Assembly (NCBI GenBank): GCA_963796685.1
Contig: CAWCMR010000025.1
Span: forward strand, 512,001 to 576,000
Length of the DNA: 64,000 nt
From: an uncultured delta proteobacterium
Lineage (GTDB): Bacteria; Myxococcota_A; Polyangia; Fen-1088
Direction of reading: 5' to 3'
Below, one piece after another: positions 51,054-62,289 of this stretch. The notes under the pieces were generated by a model. That model was not told the DNA's origin and ran no database searches. It was given only the letters and a program-made list of their open reading frames with translations. Made by a program: the position numbers and the translations under genes. Each line of letters opens with the position of its first letter. Position 1 is the stretch's first letter.

Positions 51054-52016
51054 TCACGGACCGAAGGTCCTCGAGTCTTGCAGCATCTGCCAGAGGCGCG
51101 CAGTGACGAAGGTGCAATCGGAACCGGTGACGAGTGTGAGCCGGCCCCGCGCATCGGGGACGAGGTTGGGGCCCGTGGTCGAGTCGAAGCTGCTGCTTGG
51201 ATCCTGCGAGACGTTCTCGATCGCGGTTACGAACTTGGGTAGCCCGACTGCGATGATACCGATCTGATCGGAGGCGGTCATGAGATTGATGATCTTGGAC
51301 TGCTGGTCGGCGATGAGACTGCCCAAGGGGTTCTGAGGAAGCTCGGAAACCTGCGACGATGTGACGTCAGTCGTTTGGTCGTAGTAGGTGCTGACTTGAA
51401 TGTACCTGAACCGCTGGGCCACGATCCAATCCGCCCAGGGATCCATCGTGCCGTTGGGTGATCCCATGCTTCCCCCCTTGGCCGAGGCCGAACCGAGCGT
51501 CGAGACGACCACGACCCGCTCTGTCACCGTCCTGTCGATGAGGTAGGCATCCGCGACGTCTGTAAGGGGCCCACCGGTCGCCACCACGAGCGGCCGGTTC
51601 GGCAAACCGAGCCGAGCAGACGTCTCCACGATCAGAAGGGCACCTGCGGATCGGTTGGGCGCGGTGGCGTCGAGATTTCCGTCATTCGGCCTCACGAGTG
51701 GCGAACCTCCGCTGGCGACAGGATCTGGAATGCCGGCCAGGCCACTCGCTCGGGCGGCGGTCACCAGCTTTTGCCAATCCGCGACGTTGGTGTTGAGATC
51801 AGGCCAGAATTTGGTCGTGTTGACGATAATGCCGGCGAGAGCAGGGCCTCCCGAATTGGCAAACAAGACGGCATACACGCCCTGCCAGTTGTCGCTTTGG
51901 TTGTCGTTGCAGATGATGACCGCGTTTCGCTCGTCGACCGGGAGGAGGCCATGCGGGGAATCGGAGCCGGCATCGAGTGCCTGCCTGCTGCACGCGAGCG
52001 GCAGCAGCAACAACAT
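51054..52016 (-). CDS. Nucleoside-hydrolase-fold lipoprotein, possibly 5'-truncated
   Basis: LPLAC lipobox lacking a basic n-region; VIICNDNQSDN and VATGGPLTDVA resemble IU-NH motifs. Confidence 0.6.
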   Translation of the reverse strand: MLLLLPLACSRQALDAGSDSPHGLLPVDERNAVIICNDNQSDNWQGVYAVLFANSGGPALAGIIVNTTKFWPDLNTNVADWQKLVTAARASGLAGIPDPVASGGSPLVRPNDGNLDATAPNRSAGALLIVETSARLGLPNRPLVVATGGPLTDVADAYLIDRTVTERVVVVSTLGSASAKGGSMGSPNGTMDPWADWIVAQRFRYIQVSTYYDQTTDVTSSQVSELPQNPLGSLIADQQSKIINLMTASDQIGIIAVGLPKFVTAIENVSQDPSSSFDSTTGPNLVPDARGRLTLVTGSDCTFVTARLWQMLQDSRTFGP

Positions 52017-52682
52017 TTGTTGGACGCCCGATTTCGGGACATGGCCATCCTGCTCTGGTAGCGTCCCGGGCACTGGCGGCAGCTCGAGCACCGGTGGCCG
52101 TAGCGGCACCGGCGGAAGCACCTCGACAGTATCGGGCACCGATGGCCGTAGCGGCACTGGCGGAAACACCTCGACAGTATCGGGCACCGGTGGCCGTAGC
52201 GGCACCGGCGGAAGCACCTCGACAGTATCGGACAGCAAAGACGCCGGCCTCGGGGGAGCGATGGCAGGCGGCGGGAACGCCGGCGGCGCAGGAGCAACGG
52301 CGGTCGGAGGAGCAAGCAGCGGAGATGCCGGCGGCGGGGGAGCGACGTCTTTCGGAGGAATGAGCGGCACCGCTGGAATCTCGGGCTCGGGCGGCCTGCA
52401 AGGTGTCGGCGACGCCCACGACTCTGGAGGTGCGCCTTCTGGTTTTGGCGGCTCGTCATCAACAGGGGGAGCCTTGGCCGCGACAGAAGGCAGGGCGGGT
52501 GGACGCGTTGGGCCACTCGGCGGATCCCCTATGGGCGGCGCGGTTGCTGGGAATGACACGAGCAACGGCTGTAGCTGCACCGTAGGCAAGGGACAAGGGG
52601 CTGACAGCCGCGCGGCACGGAGGGCGGAATCGCACTTCTGCTTGGACTCTTGGCGCTCGGGTTCATTCGGCGGCGGCCGTAG
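52011..52682 (+). pseudogene. C-terminal fragment of a MYXO-CTERM-type protein containing 3 x 48-bp repeats
   Basis: TGGRSGTGGSTSTVSG x3 (about 52090-52231), NGCSCTVG, then frameshifted GIALLLGLLALGFIRRRP-stop. Confidence 0.7.
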
Positions 52683-52704
52683 CTCAGACATCTCGATCGC
52701 CTCA

Positions 52705-52883
52705 TCGCACATGGCGGCATCCCAGTTGCGCCCAACCGTGCTGCAGCCTCAGACGCCAACGCATGACCGCCGGTCACCAATTCGACGAGTTGTGACCTCT
52801 GCTCACTCGTGTGCCGTCTACGCATGCGCGCATCGTGCCCCTCGTGGTGGGAACATGCCATATGGGGTCCGTGCAGCGGTTAC
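52705..52883 (-). mobile_element. IS66-like left end with truncated TnpA HTH
   Basis: Minus strand starts GTAACCG at 52883; MRRRHTSEQRSQLVELVTGG..AAARLG from 52825. Confidence 0.6.
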
Positions 52884-53073
52884 AGAACAACCACTTCACC
52901 AACCAGGGCGAGCCCACCGACCTCGGCAAGCAGGCCGGCACGGGCTCGATCCAGGAGGCGACCAGCAACCTCTTCGAGAGCTGCACCGGCAACCGAAGGG
53001 CAGCGGCACGGCCTTCGCGCCGCCCTACGAGTACAAGTCGTCCTTGGTGCAGGGCGCTGGTCCAGACAGGTAG
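52884..53073 (+). pseudogene. Pectate-lyase-like C-terminal remnant
   Basis: NNHFTNQGEP..SNLFESCTGN / GSGTAFAPPYEY..GAGP; begins at the IS end. Confidence 0.5.
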
Positions 53074-53256
53074 GCGGAACAAGCGCCATTCCCCTCCGCC
53101 GACAAAATCTTCGACATAAGGATGTTGCGTAACCTACGTGTCCCCTATACCCACGCATCATTCATAGACAGGGAGGAGGGCGTCACGCCCGGAGGAGGGC
53201 GTCTCTCGGCGGTCGTGATACAACTACTCGATCTCGCCGCCGAGGACGAACCGCTC

Positions 53257-54129
53257 ATGACCGACCGCCAAGCCAGCCCGCGACTCCGACGGGAGGACCA
53301 CGCTGCCGAGTGCGTGATGCTGGAAGAGCGTGTCTTCTCGGTGAAAAGGCGCTTCTTGGCCATGTACAAGAAGGCCCACGCCGGGCACATCGGCAGCTCG
53401 CTGTCTTGTGCCGAGATTCTGGTCTTTCTGAAGTTCGCGTGGATGCGGGATGACGACAGCTTCGTCCTCTCGAAGGGGCATGCGGTGGCCGCGCTCTATG
53501 CCTTGCTGGCCGAGGTCGATGCCCTCACCCCTGACCAGATCGAGTCGTTCTATGGGGAGGGCACGCAGCTTCCCGCCCTGCCCCCCTGCAACGCTTTCAA
53601 GGAGATCCCCTTTGCCACCGGTAGCCTGGGGCATGGGCTCTCCCTGTGTGCTGGCATGGCCTTGGGTGCCGCCCTCAACCGTAACCCGCGGCGCGCGTTC
53701 TGCCTTACCTCCGATGGCGAGCTCGACGAAGGCAGCGTCTGGGAGGCGGCGCTCTTCATCGCCCATCGCAAGCTCTGCAACCTGGTCTGGTTGATCGATC
53801 GCAACCGTATCCAAGGGATCGGCCGGACCGAGGACGTGCTGGCGCTCGAGCCGCTCGACGCCAAGTTGCGCGCCTTCGGCTTCCATGTCGTGGTTGCCGA
53901 CGGACATGATTTCTCCTCTCTGCAGACAGCGCGAGAGGCTTGCGCCCAGGTTCCCCAGCAGCCGGTCGTCATCATCGCCAACACCGTCAAAGGCCACGGC
54001 ATCGCCTGCATGCAGGACACGGTGGATTCGCACTATCTGCCCATGGACGATGCCCAATACGCGCAGGCCCTCCAGGAAACCACGCAAGCCCATGCGGCCG
54101 CGCTCGAGAAGTATCGCGATGCGGGCTGA
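53257..54129 (+). CDS. Transketolase-like enzyme, N-terminal (ThDP-binding) subunit
   Basis: GHIGSSLS, LSKGH, TGSLGHG, SDGELDEGSVWEA..DRN, TVKGHG. Confidence 0.92.
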   Translation: MTDRQASPRLRREDHAAECVMLEERVFSVKRRFLAMYKKAHAGHIGSSLSCAEILVFLKFAWMRDDDSFVLSKGHAVAALYALLAEVDALTPDQIESFYGEGTQLPALPPCNAFKEIPFATGSLGHGLSLCAGMALGAALNRNPRRAFCLTSDGELDEGSVWEAALFIAHRKLCNLVWLIDRNRIQGIGRTEDVLALEPLDAKLRAFGFHVVVADGHDFSSLQTAREACAQVPQQPVVIIANTVKGHGIACMQDTVDSHYLPMDDAQYAQALQETTQAHAAALEKYRDAG

Positions 54130-55027
54130 ATTCGCAGACGCGATGATCGCGCTTTACCGGAGGCGCCACGATCTCGTGTTCATCACGGGCGACGTTGGCT
54201 ACATGGCCCTGGAAGGCGTGGCACAAACCTACGGCGAGCGTTTCATCAACGCTGGCATCGCGGAACAGAACGCTGTCTCGCTCGCGGCGGGTCTGGTGCA
54301 CGAAGGCCACCAGCCCTGGGTGTACAGCACCGCCCCCTTCGTGGCGCTACGCCCCTACGAGCAGATTCGCAACGATCTGTGCCTGCACAGGCTACCCGTC
54401 AAACTGGTGGGCAATGGCGGCGGCTACGGTTTCGGCATCATGGGGGCGACCCATCATGCCCTGGAAGACGTGGGGGCCATGCGGGTGCTGCCCAACATGA
54501 AAATCTATCTGCCCTTGGTCGAGACGGACATGCATCAGGTGGTCGGCATGATGGCGGAAGATCCACGGCCCAATTACCTGCGCCTGAACACGGCCGCCAA
54601 GATCCCGGCTGGAATCCCTGTCTTTGCTCCCTGGCGCAGGCTGAAGCGCGGCCAGCGGGCGGTGCTCATCGGGATGGGTCCCGTTTTGGGCAATGTCTAT
54701 GACCTGGGGAATCAGTCCCTGCTCGATGACTTGGAGATCTGGAACGTGGGGACCCTGCCCCTCGAGGATATTCCCGCGGATCTGGTCGAGAGCATCCAAG
54801 AGAAGCGGATGGTGGTGACCATCGAGGAGCACTACGGTGCTTGCGGGCTGGGGGAAGCGCTCAGCCACCTGTTCATGACCCGCGGGCTTTGGCCGCGGTC
54901 CTTCACCAGCCTGCATGCTGCCGGCTATCCCTCGGGGCGCTATGGCAGCCAACGCTGGCACCAGCAAGAGAGCGGGCTGGCAGGTCCGTCCCTGTCCTCG
55001 CGTCTGGAGGCAGTTATCCGTGGCTGA
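54119..55027 (+). CDS. Transketolase-like enzyme, C-terminal subunit
   Basis: RFINAGIAEQN, RPYEQIRND, GATHHALED, TIEEH. Confidence 0.92.
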   Translation: MRAEFADAMIALYRRRHDLVFITGDVGYMALEGVAQTYGERFINAGIAEQNAVSLAAGLVHEGHQPWVYSTAPFVALRPYEQIRNDLCLHRLPVKLVGNGGGYGFGIMGATHHALEDVGAMRVLPNMKIYLPLVETDMHQVVGMMAEDPRPNYLRLNTAAKIPAGIPVFAPWRRLKRGQRAVLIGMGPVLGNVYDLGNQSLLDDLEIWNVGTLPLEDIPADLVESIQEKRMVVTIEEHYGACGLGEALSHLFMTRGLWPRSFTSLHAAGYPSGRYGSQRWHQQESGLAGPSLSSRLEAVIRG

Positions 55028-56024
55028 GGTGAAGCTGTCCGCGGTCATCGCCTGCTACCAGGACGCGCGGGCGATTCCGCTGATGCACAAACGGTTGACC
55101 GAGGTGTTCACGTCCTTGGCCGTGGACTACGAGATCATCTTCGTCAACGACGGCAGCCCCGACGACAGCGATGGCGTCCTGCAAGGCCTGACCGCGATCG
55201 ACGCCCACGTGCTGACCATCGAGCATTCGAGGAATTTCGGCTCACAGAACGCCTTCCTAAGCGGCATGCAGATGGCCACCGGGAACGCCGTCATCCTTCT
55301 CGACGGTGACCTTCAGGATCCGCCCGAAGTCATCCCCGCGTTCGTCGAAAAGTGGCGAGAGGGACACGACGTGGTTTACGGCCGGCGCGGCAAACGCGAG
55401 GGTTCGAGGCTGTTGGCCTTGGCCTGCCGGGGCTTCTACCGGGTTTTCCATCGGCTTTCCGAGGTCCCCATGCCGCTCGACGCGGGCGACTTCGCGCTCA
55501 TGGATCGCAGCGTGGTGGACCACCTGCTCGCGCTTCCCGAGACCGACCAATTCCTGCGCGGGCTGCGCACCTGGGTCGGCTTCAAGCAGACGGGGGTGGA
55601 CTATCTTCGCCCGCAACGCGCCTTTGGGCGCTCGACCCATAGCTGGCTGAAGAACGTGTGGTGGGCCAAGAAAGCCATCTTCTCGTTCAGCTCGTTCCCC
55701 ATCGAGCTGCTGGGCTATGCCGCGGCCGTCATGACCACGCTCTCCCTCCTGGGTGTCCTCTACGAGTTGGTCGACCGGCTGCGCCGGCCGGAGAGCCCCC
55801 ACGGCATCTCCACCGTCATTGTCCTCATCTTGTTCTTCGGCAGTCTGAACCTTCTCGCGATTTCGCTGATCGGCGAATACGTGATCAAGACCGTCGAGGA
55901 GTCCAAGCGTCGACCCAAGTTCATCAGGAAGGCGGTCCGGCACGGGGGCAAGCTGTTCGGAACCGCCGCGGAGATTGAAGGCTTCTTGCGGGAGCGACAA
56001 ACGCTTCATGGCAGCGAACGGTAA
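55020..56024 (+). CDS. GT2 polyprenol-phosphate glycosyltransferase (GtrB/ArnC-like)
   Basis: FVNDGSPD, SRNFG, DGDLQDPPE, GDFALMDR, two C-terminal TMs. Confidence 0.92.
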   Translation: MAEVKLSAVIACYQDARAIPLMHKRLTEVFTSLAVDYEIIFVNDGSPDDSDGVLQGLTAIDAHVLTIEHSRNFGSQNAFLSGMQMATGNAVILLDGDLQDPPEVIPAFVEKWREGHDVVYGRRGKREGSRLLALACRGFYRVFHRLSEVPMPLDAGDFALMDRSVVDHLLALPETDQFLRGLRTWVGFKQTGVDYLRPQRAFGRSTHSWLKNVWWAKKAIFSFSSFPIELLGYAAAVMTTLSLLGVLYELVDRLRRPESPHGISTVIVLILFFGSLNLLAISLIGEYVIKTVEESKRRPKFIRKAVRHGGKLFGTAAEIEGFLRERQTLHGSER

Positions 56025-56796
56025 CAGCGTTCTCATCACCGGGACGACCTCGGGCGTGGGTCGCGCGCTCCTCGATTATTACGCGCAAAGCGGGGCCACG
56101 GTGGTTTCGGTCAACCGTCGCCACGTCCCCGAGCTCGAAACCCGCTATCCCTCCGTCCGTTTCGAGCACATCGACGTGCGTTGTGCCGAGGACGTGGAGC
56201 ATCTGGTTCGTGGGCTGGCGGCGACCGGGCAACTGCCCAACGTCTTTATCCTGAATGCAGGAATCAACCGGGTGGACAACGATGAGGCGTTTCTCTTGTC
56301 CGCCTACAAGGAAGTCGTCGATACCAACCTGTTTGGCGTGTTGAATTTCGTGGCACCTCTGACTCAAGTCCCCGTGTCCCGCCACCCGCTGCACGTGATC
56401 GCCATCGGCTCCGTGGCCAGTTATGTGGGAAACCCCTACGGTCTTGGCTATCACACCAGCAAGCAGGCACTGACCGCCTGTCTCGAAACCTGGGCAAGGA
56501 TGTACACGGGCACGGACCTGGTCTTCCAGCAGGTCGTGCTGGGGCCTGTGCACACCGAGATCTATACGATGGAGGACAGGCTTCCGGCCTGGATGGTCAG
56601 GATCAAGCACCTCTTCTCCGCATCGCTCTCGGGCACGGTGCAGGCCATTTCACGCCTTGCCCTGACCCGAAGAAGAAAGCTCTTCTATCCTGCGCGCGCC
56701 TTGCCCTTGGTCCTGGCCATGGGACTCGGCCAGCGTCTTGGCCTCTACCAAGGGCGCAAGACGCTGGGCGGGAAGGCGCGGCGCCGGACCGGGTGA
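56008..56796 (+). CDS. Short-chain dehydrogenase/reductase
   Basis: TGTTSGVG, LNAG, YHTSK (YxxxK). Confidence 0.88.
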   Translation: MAANGNSVLITGTTSGVGRALLDYYAQSGATVVSVNRRHVPELETRYPSVRFEHIDVRCAEDVEHLVRGLAATGQLPNVFILNAGINRVDNDEAFLLSAYKEVVDTNLFGVLNFVAPLTQVPVSRHPLHVIAIGSVASYVGNPYGLGYHTSKQALTACLETWARMYTGTDLVFQQVVLGPVHTEIYTMEDRLPAWMVRIKHLFSASLSGTVQAISRLALTRRRKLFYPARALPLVLAMGLGQRLGLYQGRKTLGGKARRRTG

Positions 56797-56833
56797 GCCC
56801 GGCAGGGACTCGAGCTAGAGGATACGCTCCCTA

Positions 56834-58135
56834 TTAGATGATCCCTTTGGCCCGCAACCTCGTCAGCTGGGCGCGCACGGCATCGAGCCCGCCGCTGGTG
56901 TAAAGGAGATAGAGGCGCTGCGCGCTCAGGTACGACAGCGCGGGGTTGCGGTAGTGCAGGTTGTAGCGGCCGGTGTCGCTGGGATCGTAGCCGAAGGAGG
57001 CGGCTAGATTGGCCAGGAGGACTTGCGCCACGGCGACCGCGGGGCCGGACTGGGTGTAGTCGGCGTCGGAGAGATTGTGGAGCTGGTACTCCACCGGCGC
57101 GTTCACCTGCCCGGCAGCGTTCAAGTCCACGTCGCCCAGGCGCTGCACGGCCGGCAGACGGAGATGGCCCGAGCTGTCGACACGCAGGTAGCCCTTGGCC
57201 ACTGGATCGATGCCCGCGATGATGGCGCCAGCATGCAGCCAATTCACCACCTTGTACTCGTTGCCCGAGGTCGGGTTGGAATGAGCCGATGCCTGGGTGA
57301 TGACGAACTTGGGCGAAAGCCCGCGCGCCATGGATTCCGCGATGCCGATGATGTGGTGGCCGCCGGTGCGGGAGTCGCCGGCCGCACCGTAGTTGTCGGT
57401 GGTGCCATTGCCGCCGAAATTGAGCTCGGCGAACTCGCTGCCGTCGGCATTCCATTGGAACACGAGGGGCTTGGCCCAATCGTGCAGCAAGGGCGCTGCA
57501 AAGGTGATGTCTTGATCGATGTCTACGTCGGCTCGGCCCGTGCCCTGTCCATCGTCGTCTGGATCCCCGACCATGGGCAGGCCATCATGCCCGGTGTGCC
57601 CATACATGCGTCGGTAGTTATCGGCAAAGCTCGCATTGCTGAGGTCGTTGAAGCTCTCGTGAACGGCCAGCCCGCCCGGATACGAGTGGTGCCCCCCGAA
57701 CACGCTGCCCGGTGCCGAGTAGAACGGCTGCGGGAGGTGAGGACAGGCGCTGCCTGGGTCGAGCACGGGCGGCAGAGCGCCGGCCATGGCACCGCCCGGG
57801 AAGCTGGCGGCGTCACCCGGCGCGTACAGCCCCTCGGCGGCAAGTTTGTCGATGATGGCCTGTTTGGTGGCCGCGGTCTCGCCGGCCCGGTGACGGACGC
57901 ACACCGAGCGATCCTCGACCAGGTCGTGAACATTGCGCGCGAGCGTGCGATCGTTGATTTGCGAGATGCGTTGGGCGATGAGTCGCCGGGCTGATTGGAC
58001 CAGGGGCGACGAACCGGCGAGCTGCACGGCCTGGTCGTTGCCGGCGCCGGGAATGGTCTGATCGACGGCGTGCGCGCTGGATGAATGCGTTGCGATGGCC
58101 AACACGAGCGCCGATGAGGTGACGAGCTTGTTCAT
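56834..58135 (-). CDS. Secreted HD-domain-like metal-dependent phosphohydrolase
   Basis: AAGGAGG RBS, signal peptide (SAHA), HHSYPGGLAVHE, LLHDWAK, GHH. Confidence 0.75.
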   Translation of the reverse strand: MNKLVTSSALVLAIATHSSSAHAVDQTIPGAGNDQAVQLAGSSPLVQSARRLIAQRISQINDRTLARNVHDLVEDRSVCVRHRAGETAATKQAIIDKLAAEGLYAPGDAASFPGGAMAGALPPVLDPGSACPHLPQPFYSAPGSVFGGHHSYPGGLAVHESFNDLSNASFADNYRRMYGHTGHDGLPMVGDPDDDGQGTGRADVDIDQDITFAAPLLHDWAKPLVFQWNADGSEFAELNFGGNGTTDNYGAAGDSRTGGHHIIGIAESMARGLSPKFVITQASAHSNPTSGNEYKVVNWLHAGAIIAGIDPVAKGYLRVDSSGHLRLPAVQRLGDVDLNAAGQVNAPVEYQLHNLSDADYTQSGPAVAVAQVLLANLAASFGYDPSDTGRYNLHYRNPALSYLSAQRLYLLYTSGGLDAVRAQLTRLRAKGII

Positions 58136-58469
58136 GATGAACCTCCTTTGACGGTCACAGGCGCGGGACACCCTGTCGCCGCGTCCGTGCCGCAGGTCCT
58201 AGCGCCCGCGAAAGCGCGTGCCGCCACAACCCGGCGACAAATGCGCAACAGTCTTCCGCACCCGGACACCGCATTACTACCTGGCCAGGAAATGGCAGAG
58301 CGGTGGTTGCGGCCCGGTCACGAGAGTCATTTTACCAGAATCAGCACGGCCCGTTGCTTTCTCCGAAGGTCACCGAGGCACCGTTGCGCACCCAAATGCA
58401 GGACGCCTTCCCCCGAAGACCCCACAAGATGCGAAGACACGGGTGGCCGCCGTCCGCAGAGTATGCGGC

Positions 58470-59687
58470 ATGTACCGAGCTGTGTTTCGTCAGGTGATGC
58501 TCTTCTCGTCGATCTGCCTCGCCATCGGCGGGTCGGGTTGCAGTCCGGGCCTTGGGTGGGCCGACGGGACCGGGGGAGAATTCAGCACCGGCGGCGGCAC
58601 GGGGACCGGCGGCACGACCAGCGGCGCCACGGGCGGCAGCACGACCGCGGGTTCCGGAGGCGACGCCACCGGCGGCATTGCATCGACCGGCGGCGGCGCC
58701 GGTGACGGGTCGGGGGGCGCCGCGGGCAGCGGTGGCTCGGGTGGCCGTGTCAGCGCCACGGGCGGCAACACCGCAACGGGTGGAGTCGCTGGGGGCACGA
58801 CCGTGCAGAGCGGAGCCGGCGGCGCGGCGAGTGGAGGCAGCACGGGCAGCAGTGCGACGGGCGGCGCAGGCGGTAGCGCCCCGACCAGCGGGACCGGCAG
58901 CAGCGCTACCGGAGGCAGCGGCTCGGGCGGAACGGCAGGCGGAACCGGCGGCACCGCGGGGAATGCGACCGGCGGCGCAAGCGGTCCCTTCACCTTGGCG
59001 TGGCAGGACGACTTCAACGCGCTCGACACGTCGGCCTGGCAGGCCCAGAGCTTCACCTGGGACGGCAACCAAGCACAATTCACGCCGCAGAACGTGTCGG
59101 TGAGCGGCGGCAAGCTGAACCTGTCGCTCACCAATGCTCCCAGCGGCTCGGCCAAGCCCTATCTGGGCGTCGAGCTGCGTTCGACCAAGACGCTCACCTA
59201 CGGCAAGGTGTCGGCCAGCATGCGCTTTGCCAAAGGCTCGGGCGTGGTCTCGGGGCTCGTTCTCTTCTACACGCCCTACCCCAATTGCGACTGGAACGAG
59301 ATCGACATCGAGCACCTCGGCAATTCCAGCCAGACCTCGCAGCTCAATTGCATGATCTATACAGGCACGCCGGTGCCCAACTGTACGACCTCGGTCACGC
59401 CCACCCAGGATCCGCAGGTCGTCAGCCTGGGCGTAGACGCCGAAGCCGCGTTCCACCAGTACGACATCGAGTGGACGCCGGCGGGCGTGAAGTTCTTCGT
59501 CGACGGCACCTTGCTGCGCACCTGGACCGCCAACATCTCGCTACTCAAGCTGCCGATGAACATCCTGCTCACCATCTGGGCCTCGAACAGCGCTTCCTGG
59601 GCGGGCGCGCTCGATGCTTCGTCGGCGCCGACCAGCGCCGAGGTCGATTGGATCAAGGTGTATAGCTGGTTTACCCGGTCTGTCTAG
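58470..59687 (+). CDS. GH16 glycoside hydrolase lipoprotein (lichenase-like)
   Basis: Gly/Ser/Thr linker, WQDDF, TYGK, WNEIDIE catalytic motif, FHQYDIEWTP. Confidence 0.92.
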   Translation: MYRAVFRQVMLFSSICLAIGGSGCSPGLGWADGTGGEFSTGGGTGTGGTTSGATGGSTTAGSGGDATGGIASTGGGAGDGSGGAAGSGGSGGRVSATGGNTATGGVAGGTTVQSGAGGAASGGSTGSSATGGAGGSAPTSGTGSSATGGSGSGGTAGGTGGTAGNATGGASGPFTLAWQDDFNALDTSAWQAQSFTWDGNQAQFTPQNVSVSGGKLNLSLTNAPSGSAKPYLGVELRSTKTLTYGKVSASMRFAKGSGVVSGLVLFYTPYPNCDWNEIDIEHLGNSSQTSQLNCMIYTGTPVPNCTTSVTPTQDPQVVSLGVDAEAAFHQYDIEWTPAGVKFFVDGTLLRTWTANISLLKLPMNILLTIWASNSASWAGALDASSAPTSAEVDWIKVYSWFTRSV

Positions 59688-59697
59688 CCGGTCTCCT

Positions 59698-60764
<1,067 letters not shown>

Positions 60765-60768
<4 letters not shown>

Positions 60769-61910
60769 GGCCGGGCCTCGCGCAAGAGCTTCACCGTCTG
60801 CACGAGCAGGTTCAGCGCGCGGTCAATCTCCTCGTCGGAGGTATCGCGGCCGAACGAGAAGCGCACCGAGGAACGCGCTTCGGCCGCGCTCTGTCCCATG
60901 GCGACGAGCACGTGGGACGACGTCTTGTCCGCCGAGGCGCACGCGGCCCCCGTGGACACCGCCACGCCCAGCATGTCGAGGTTGATGGTGACGGCCTCGC
61001 CGTCCAGGCCGGCGAAGGCGATGTTCGAGGTGTTGGGCAGGCGCTCGCTACCGCCGTTGATGCGCGTGCCGGGAATGCGCATCAGGACCTGCTTCTCGAA
61101 ATGGTCGCGCAGCTCGCCCACGCGGCGGGCGTCGGCGTCGAGGCGAGCGCGCGCCAGGTCGCAGGCCTTGCCGAATCCGACGATGGCCGGCACGTTCTCC
61201 GTCCCCGGTCGCAGGGTACGCTCTTGCCGGCCGCCGTGTGCCAGCGGCGCCAGGCGGACCCCGTGCCTGACGAAGAGGGCGCCCGCGCCCTTGGGTCCAT
61301 GGATCTTGTGCGACGAAAACGAAAGCAGGGACACGCCCAGCTGCTTGACGTCGATGGCCAGCTTGCCCGCGGCCTGCACGGCATCGCTGTGTACCAAGGC
61401 GCCACACGCCTTCGCAACACGCACGATCTCGGCGATCGGCTGGATGGTGCCGGTATCGTTGTTGGCCAGCATCACGGAGAACAGCGCGACGTCGGCCTTG
61501 GCCGCGGCCTCAGCGGCGACCGTCCGGACGCGTCCGTCGCCATCCACGGGCAAGAAAGCCACGTCGCGTCCCTGCTCTTTCAAATGCGTGCAGGGATCGA
61601 GCACGGCCTTGTGCTCGACCGCGCTCGTGACGAGACCCCGGCGCTCCTCCGCGGCCGCCCCGGCCACGCCCAGCACGGCCAGGTTGTCGGCCTCGGTGCC
61701 GCCGCTGGTGAAGACGATTTCGTCGGGGGTCGCACCGATCAGTGCGGCTACCTGCGCCCGCGCCCTGTCCACCAGCCGCCGGGCCGCCTGTCCCGCCTGG
61801 TGAATGCTGGAGGGATTGCCGAAGGAGACATCCAGCGCCTCGTTCATCGCGGCGCGCACCTCGGGGTCGACGGGTGTGGTCGCGTTGTAGTCGGCATAGA
61901 TCATGTTCAC
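60765..61910 (-). CDS. iscS: Cysteine desulfurase (IscS/NifS family)
   Basis: DYNATTP, TSGGTEADN, SSHKIHGPKG, STGAAC; ATGA coupling to mnmA. Confidence 0.93.
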
Positions 61911-62054
61911 GGCGTCATCCGAGAGAGGTTGCTCTAGCGCGGACGGAGCCGGTTAACCACCCGTATTGCAGCAACTTCACACGGTCCCAAGACTTGCTGC
62001 GCTAAGGGCGGACTTCTGGTTGCCGGCGTGGTCACATGTGGTTACACTGGAGCC

Positions 62055-62288
62055 ATGATCGCGAGCGTACGCACGGCCAAGGCCAAATTGTCCGAGCTTC
62101 TTGCACGCGCCGCAACCGGTGAGGAGATCGTCATCACCTCGGATGGCCGCCCCAAAGCCAAGTTGGTGGGTATTCCCGCCATCCGCGCGCGCTATCGCGT
62201 GAACCGCCGCCTCTTGACTGCAACGACACGCAAGCCCAGCACGCCTGCCGAAGAGCTGATCCGGTTGGACCGCGACGGTCGCGACTGA
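62055..62288 (+). CDS. Phd/YefM-family antitoxin
   Basis: AKAKLSELL..GEEIVITSDGRPKAKLV. Confidence 0.9.
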   Translation: MIASVRTAKAKLSELLARAATGEEIVITSDGRPKAKLVGIPAIRARYRVNRRLLTATTRKPSTPAEELIRLDRDGRD

Positions 62289-62289
62289 C

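Noticed and set aside
52090-52231. 48-bp repeats as a CRISPR array
   Set aside because: Contiguous in-frame Gly/Ser/Thr linker repeats without spacers; no cas genes
58190-58400. Sigma-54 promoter or riboswitch between the HD and GH16 genes
   Set aside because: GGCAC/TTGC-like words have wrong spacing or mismatches; no recognisable aptamer
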